The position numbers and the translations under genes were made by a program. Shown here piece after piece: positions 62,582 through 64,000 of a stretch of 64,000 nucleotides of DNA. The notes below the pieces were generated by a model, which saw nothing but the letters and a program-made list of their open reading frames with translations, did no database searches and was not told where the DNA came from. Where the stretch lies: the NCBI RefSeq assembly GCF_030528405.1, contig NZ_JAUMYY010000001.1, positions 10,840 through 74,839 on the forward strand. The letters run 5' to 3'. This DNA comes from Fusobacterium sp. Lineage in GTDB: Bacteria > Fusobacteriota > Fusobacteriia > Fusobacteriales > Fusobacteriaceae. How positions within the stretch are numbered: position 1 is the first letter of the stretch; every line of letters starts with the position of its first letter.

Positions 62582-64000
62582 ATGACAAAAACACCTTTTT
62601 TACCAGTTAGAGATTTAGTTATATTTCCTGGAGTAGTTACACCTATATATGTAGGAAGAGCAAATAGCATAACTACTTTAGAGAAAGCTGTTGCAAATAA
62701 AACTAAACTTGTATTGGGACTACAAAAAGATCCAACTCAGGAGAACCCAACTTTTGATGGAGATATCTATGAGGTTGGTGTTTTAGCAAACATATTACAA
62801 ATAATAAAAATACCAAATAATAATATAAAAGTTATTGTTGAAGCTGAAAGCAGAATAAAAATAAAAAGTATTGAAACAATTGAAAATGAATATGTAGCAA
62901 CTTATAGCTCTATAAAAGAAACAGCAGCTACTGGAGTGGAAACAGAGGCAATATATAGAAAGGTTTTTTCAAAATTTGAAAAATATGTAAGTACTATAGG
63001 GAAGTTTTCATCTGATTTAATATTAAATTTAAAGAATATAGAAAATTTTTCAAATGGTTTTGATATAATGGCTTCTAATCTAAATATATCATCTGATAAA
63101 AAGCAGGAGTTATTGGAAATAACAAATGTAAAAGATAGAGGATATAAAATTTTAGATAATATAATAGCTGAAATGGAAATAGCTTCACTTGAAAAGGTTA
63201 TAGATGATAAAGTAAAAAATAAAATGAATGAAGCACAAAGAGCTTATTATTTGAAAGAAAAAATCTCTGTTATGAAAGAAGAATTGGGAGATTTTTCTCA
63301 GGATGATGACATCATAGAACTTGTAGAAAGGCTAGAAAATACAAAGCTTCCTAAAAATGTCAAAGAAAAATTGGAAGCTGAGCTAAAAAAACTTACTAAG
63401 ATGCAACCTTTCTCTGCAGAATCATCAGTTACAAGAAATTATATAGAAGCTGTTTTAGATTTACCATGGGGAAAGACTACAAAAGATGTTTTAGATTTAA
63501 AAAAGGCCTCTTCAATATTGGAAAGGGATCATTATGGACTTAAAGATGCCAAAGAAAAAGTTTTAGATTATTTGGCTGTAAAAAAATTAAATCCATCTAT
63601 GAATGGTGTAATTTTATGTCTTTCTGGACCTCCAGGTATAGGTAAGACATCACTTGTAAAGTCAATAGCTGAGTCTATGGGAAGGAAATTTGTAAGAGTC
63701 TCTTTAGGTGGAGTAAGAGATGAAGCAGAAATTCGAGGTCATAGAAGAACTTATGTAGGTTCTATGCCTGGAAAAATTATGAGAGCTATGAAGGAAGCGG
63801 GAACTAATAATCCTGTTATCTTGCTTGACGAAATAGATAAAATGTCTAATGATTTTAAAGGAGATCCAGCTTCTGCTATGCTTGAAGTTTTAGATCCAGA
63901 GCAAAACAAACATTTTGAGGATCACTATATAGATCTAGCATTCGACTTGTCTAAAGTATTTTTTGTAGCAACTGCTAATGACTTAAGAAATGTTTCTGCA
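62582..64000 (+). CDS. lon: Lon protease, 5' portion (continues beyond the window)
   Basis: Lon N-terminal domain (LPVRDLVIFPGVV) and Walker A GPPGIGKTS; no stop codon before the window end. Confidence 0.85.
   Translation, partial: MTKTPFLPVRDLVIFPGVVTPIYVGRANSITTLEKAVANKTKLVLGLQKDPTQENPTFDGDIYEVGVLANILQIIKIPNNNIKVIVEAESRIKIKSIETIENEYVATYSSIKETAATGVETEAIYRKVFSKFEKYVSTIGKFSSDLILNLKNIENFSNGFDIMASNLNISSDKKQELLEITNVKDRGYKILDNIIAEMEIASLEKVIDDKVKNKMNEAQRAYYLKEKISVMKEELGDFSQDDDIIELVERLENTKLPKNVKEKLEAELKKLTKMQPFSAESSVTRNYIEAVLDLPWGKTTKDVLDLKKASSILERDHYGLKDAKEKVLDYLAVKKLNPSMNGVILCLSGPPGIGKTSLVKSIAESMGRKFVRVSLGGVRDEAEIRGHRRTYVGSMPGKIMRAMKEAGTNNPVILLDEIDKMSNDFKGDPASAMLEVLDPEQNKHFEDHYIDLAFDLSKVFFVATANDLRNVSA

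Overview
This is a low-GC (~28-30%) window from a Gram-negative anaerobe whose gene content and order look Fusobacteriota-like. That lineage call is an inference from composition and synteny, not a database hit. Most of the window is densely packed housekeeping genes that I could recognise by motif: dnaE, an asp23/amaP/DUF2273 stress module, nusB, comM, pilT-like, comEA-like, hslO, tatD, acpS, prfB with its programmed +1 frameshift, one tRNA, pgk, gap, a tetrapyrrole front-end cluster (hemA-hemC-tag-cobA/hemD-VOC-hemB-hemL-sirC), two NhaC-family transporters, a TRAP dctPQM system, mutS2, ispD, cysS, mini-RNase III, mreB, holB, the rimP-nusA-ylxRQ-infB-rbfA operon, recJ, tig, clpP, clpX and the 5' end of lon. 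No CRISPR array, rRNA or obvious transposase or integrase is visible. The stretches that do not look like routine core genome are these. There is an NhaC transporter, twin amidohydrolases and a SARP/BTAD-type regulator (19.1-24.9 kb). An AlbA_2-type ATP-binding protein is translationally coupled to the end of the hem operon and followed by a 2.5-copy 87-bp tandem repeat that carries a perfect 16-bp palindrome (32.4-34.1 kb). A four-gene operon of uncharacterised membrane proteins (39.3-41.7 kb) lies next to a YadA-type trimeric autotransporter whose beta-barrel anchor is followed by an unusual ~60-residue coiled-coil tail ending in Lys (41.9-43.8 kb). ylxR and an L7Ae-like (ylxQ) gene are fused inside the nusA-infB operon. 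All functional calls are motif-based readings of the supplied translations, and none has been checked against a database.
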